This document shows positions 25,984-27,202 of a DNA stretch of 27,202 nt, piece after piece (positions within the stretch are counted from its first letter, which is position 1; every line of letters starts with the position of its first letter). Below the pieces are notes generated by a model. The model did not search any database and was not told the DNA's origin. It worked only from the letters and a program-made list of their open reading frames with translations. The DNA is from a virus (taxonomy: Duplodnaviria > Caudoviricetes): IMG/VR virus record IMGVR_UViG_3300006738_000062, positions 1-27,202 of that record; one strand, written 5' to 3'. Both the position numbers and the translations under genes were made by a program.

Positions 25984-27202
25984 TTCTTAGTTTCCTTTCT
26001 TTTGTTTGAATCCGCCTTAATGCAATAACACAACATTGCAATCTTGCTTCATTCATTAATTGAGACAGAAAGTCAATATTAAATATATTATCGACATTCT
26101 CTTTAGTGCAAAATCTATCTTTTAACTCTAATGGTAACTTAGTCATCTTAATTTGGGACATAGAAAATTCAGACATAACTCTTCTATACCTTACATCAGA
26201 ATATATCGTCAGCTTAGACATCATTTTCTCTGTAAATCTATCTCTCTCGTCTTGAGTATTAAATTCTGTGTAAAGAATGCTATAATCTGAAAGCATCTTT
26301 GGAGTAACTTCATTGAGAAGAGCTTTTTTGAGTCTACCCTTAAAGTCTTCTATTCTGCAGTCAAACCATATTAGTCTTTTCCTGACTACAACATCCGCTG
26401 AGATATTATACCATATAAAACCAAGTCTTCTTGGGTCTTTAAATAGCATATTTATATCACGCAAATCTTCATGATTTCTAAGATATTTATCTGCAAAATG
26501 TTCAATGTGTTGAAGCAAAGAATAGAAATGCCCTAAATGTGTCCAGTCAATTCCATCTTTATAATTACATTTCATTTTTCCAGCAAATGATACCAAGTTA
26601 TCGAAATCTCTGCCAGAACTACCAGTATTGTCATAGATTTCTCTTTTTAGAAACACTCTTTCAGCAAAAGACAACTTTTTAAAGAACTCTCTACTTTCAG
26701 CATTCCGTACATACATCAATCTCATAGAGTTCATTGTATTCATATCCCAAAACGCACTGTCCCTGTTCCAAGTATCAAGGAACTTACGTACCACCATAAT
26801 AGCACCGGCATAATTAAAACTTGACAACAATGCCATTAGCGGCTTTTCAAATTCACCAAAACAACCAGACCTATTTGATATATGAGGATGAAGAGCTGAA
26901 ACGAAATTTCTAATCTTATATTTATTTCTATCGTCATCATCCATACTATGATATTGAGGTTTTAAAGTAAGGAAAGTAAGTTGCGGATATCTTGATGATG
27001 CTTTATCAAGCATTAAATATACATCCCAAAATCTATTATTCTTTGTTCCCCTTAAGATTATCTTCTCAAACCTTATCATAATTGTCTTTTCTCCAATTGT
27101 GTGATGGTTGCCTACTGTAATGTAATCACACTTTTCAATCAAAAGCTTTGCCTGACGGTCTGCAAGTTCTTCCAGTTCACCATTTTTCCAATCTAATTTT
27201 CC
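25877..27202 (-). CDS. E2/UBC-like domain protein with long helical C-terminal extension, 5'-truncated by the window edge
   Basis: LHPHISNRSGCFG (26861-26890) resembles the UBC HPN-x-C signature, followed by helix-W (VRKFLDTWN). The frame is open to base 27202 (GKLDWKNGELEELADRQAKLLIEK), so the listed TTG at 27142 is unlikely to be the true start. Adjacent to JAB and E1 genes. Confidence 0.65.
   Translation of the reverse strand, partial: GKLDWKNGELEELADRQAKLLIEKCDYITVGNHHTIGEKTIMIRFEKIILRGTKNNRFWDVYLMLDKASSRYPQLTFLTLKPQYHSMDDDDRNKYKIRNFVSALHPHISNRSGCFGEFEKPLMALLSSFNYAGAIMVVRKFLDTWNRDSAFWDMNTMNSMRLMYVRNAESREFFKKLSFAERVFLKREIYDNTGSSGRDFDNLVSFAGKMKCNYKDGIDWTHLGHFYSLLQHIEHFADKYLRNHEDLRDINMLFKDPRRLGFIWYNISADVVVRKRLIWFDCRIEDFKGRLKKALLNEVTPKMLSDYSILYTEFNTQDERDRFTEKMMSKLTIYSDVRYRRVMSEFSMSQIKMTKLPLELKDRFCTKENVDNIFNIDFLSQLMNEARLQCCVIALRRIQTKERKLRNEIATLRGDALQAELFSEEVPGQGVERPSVVQPQS

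Noticed and set aside
1-27202. Stop-codon reassignment as in some crAss-like phages
   Set aside because: Genes are full length under code 11, and TAG, TGA and TAA all end genes at tight junctions (e.g. 4009, 17518, 6752).
1-27202. tRNA, rRNA, CRISPR array, integrase or IS element
   Set aside because: Almost no intergenic space, and no such patterns were seen by eye.

Overview
A 27.2 kb segment of a tailed dsDNA phage genome with two convergent, tightly packed gene blocks that meet at about 19.8 kb. The + strand (1-19783) is a virion/late module: a partial metallophosphoesterase, a large tail stabilisation/tubular-B-like protein, several Gly/Gln/Ala-rich putative ejection proteins (one with a peptidase S74 chaperone domain) and a 3112-aa protein. 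That protein carries the two-barrel RNA polymerase motif GADLDGD, as expected of a crAss-type virion RNAP, plus an embedded macrodomain-like module. The - strand (27202-19819) is an early/replication module. It begins with an overlapping E2-like, JAB/MPN and E1/ThiF trio, which looks like a phage-encoded ubiquitin-like conjugation/deconjugation cassette. This runs directly into a Rad52/Sak-like annealing protein, an SSB, an AEP primase-SF4 helicase fusion, an HTH protein, an HNH nuclease and small ORFs, and ends at a strong intrinsic terminator. No ubiquitin-like modifier, capsid, terminase, DNA polymerase, tRNA or CRISPR array was seen in the window. All calls come from reading motifs by eye; no database searches were run.
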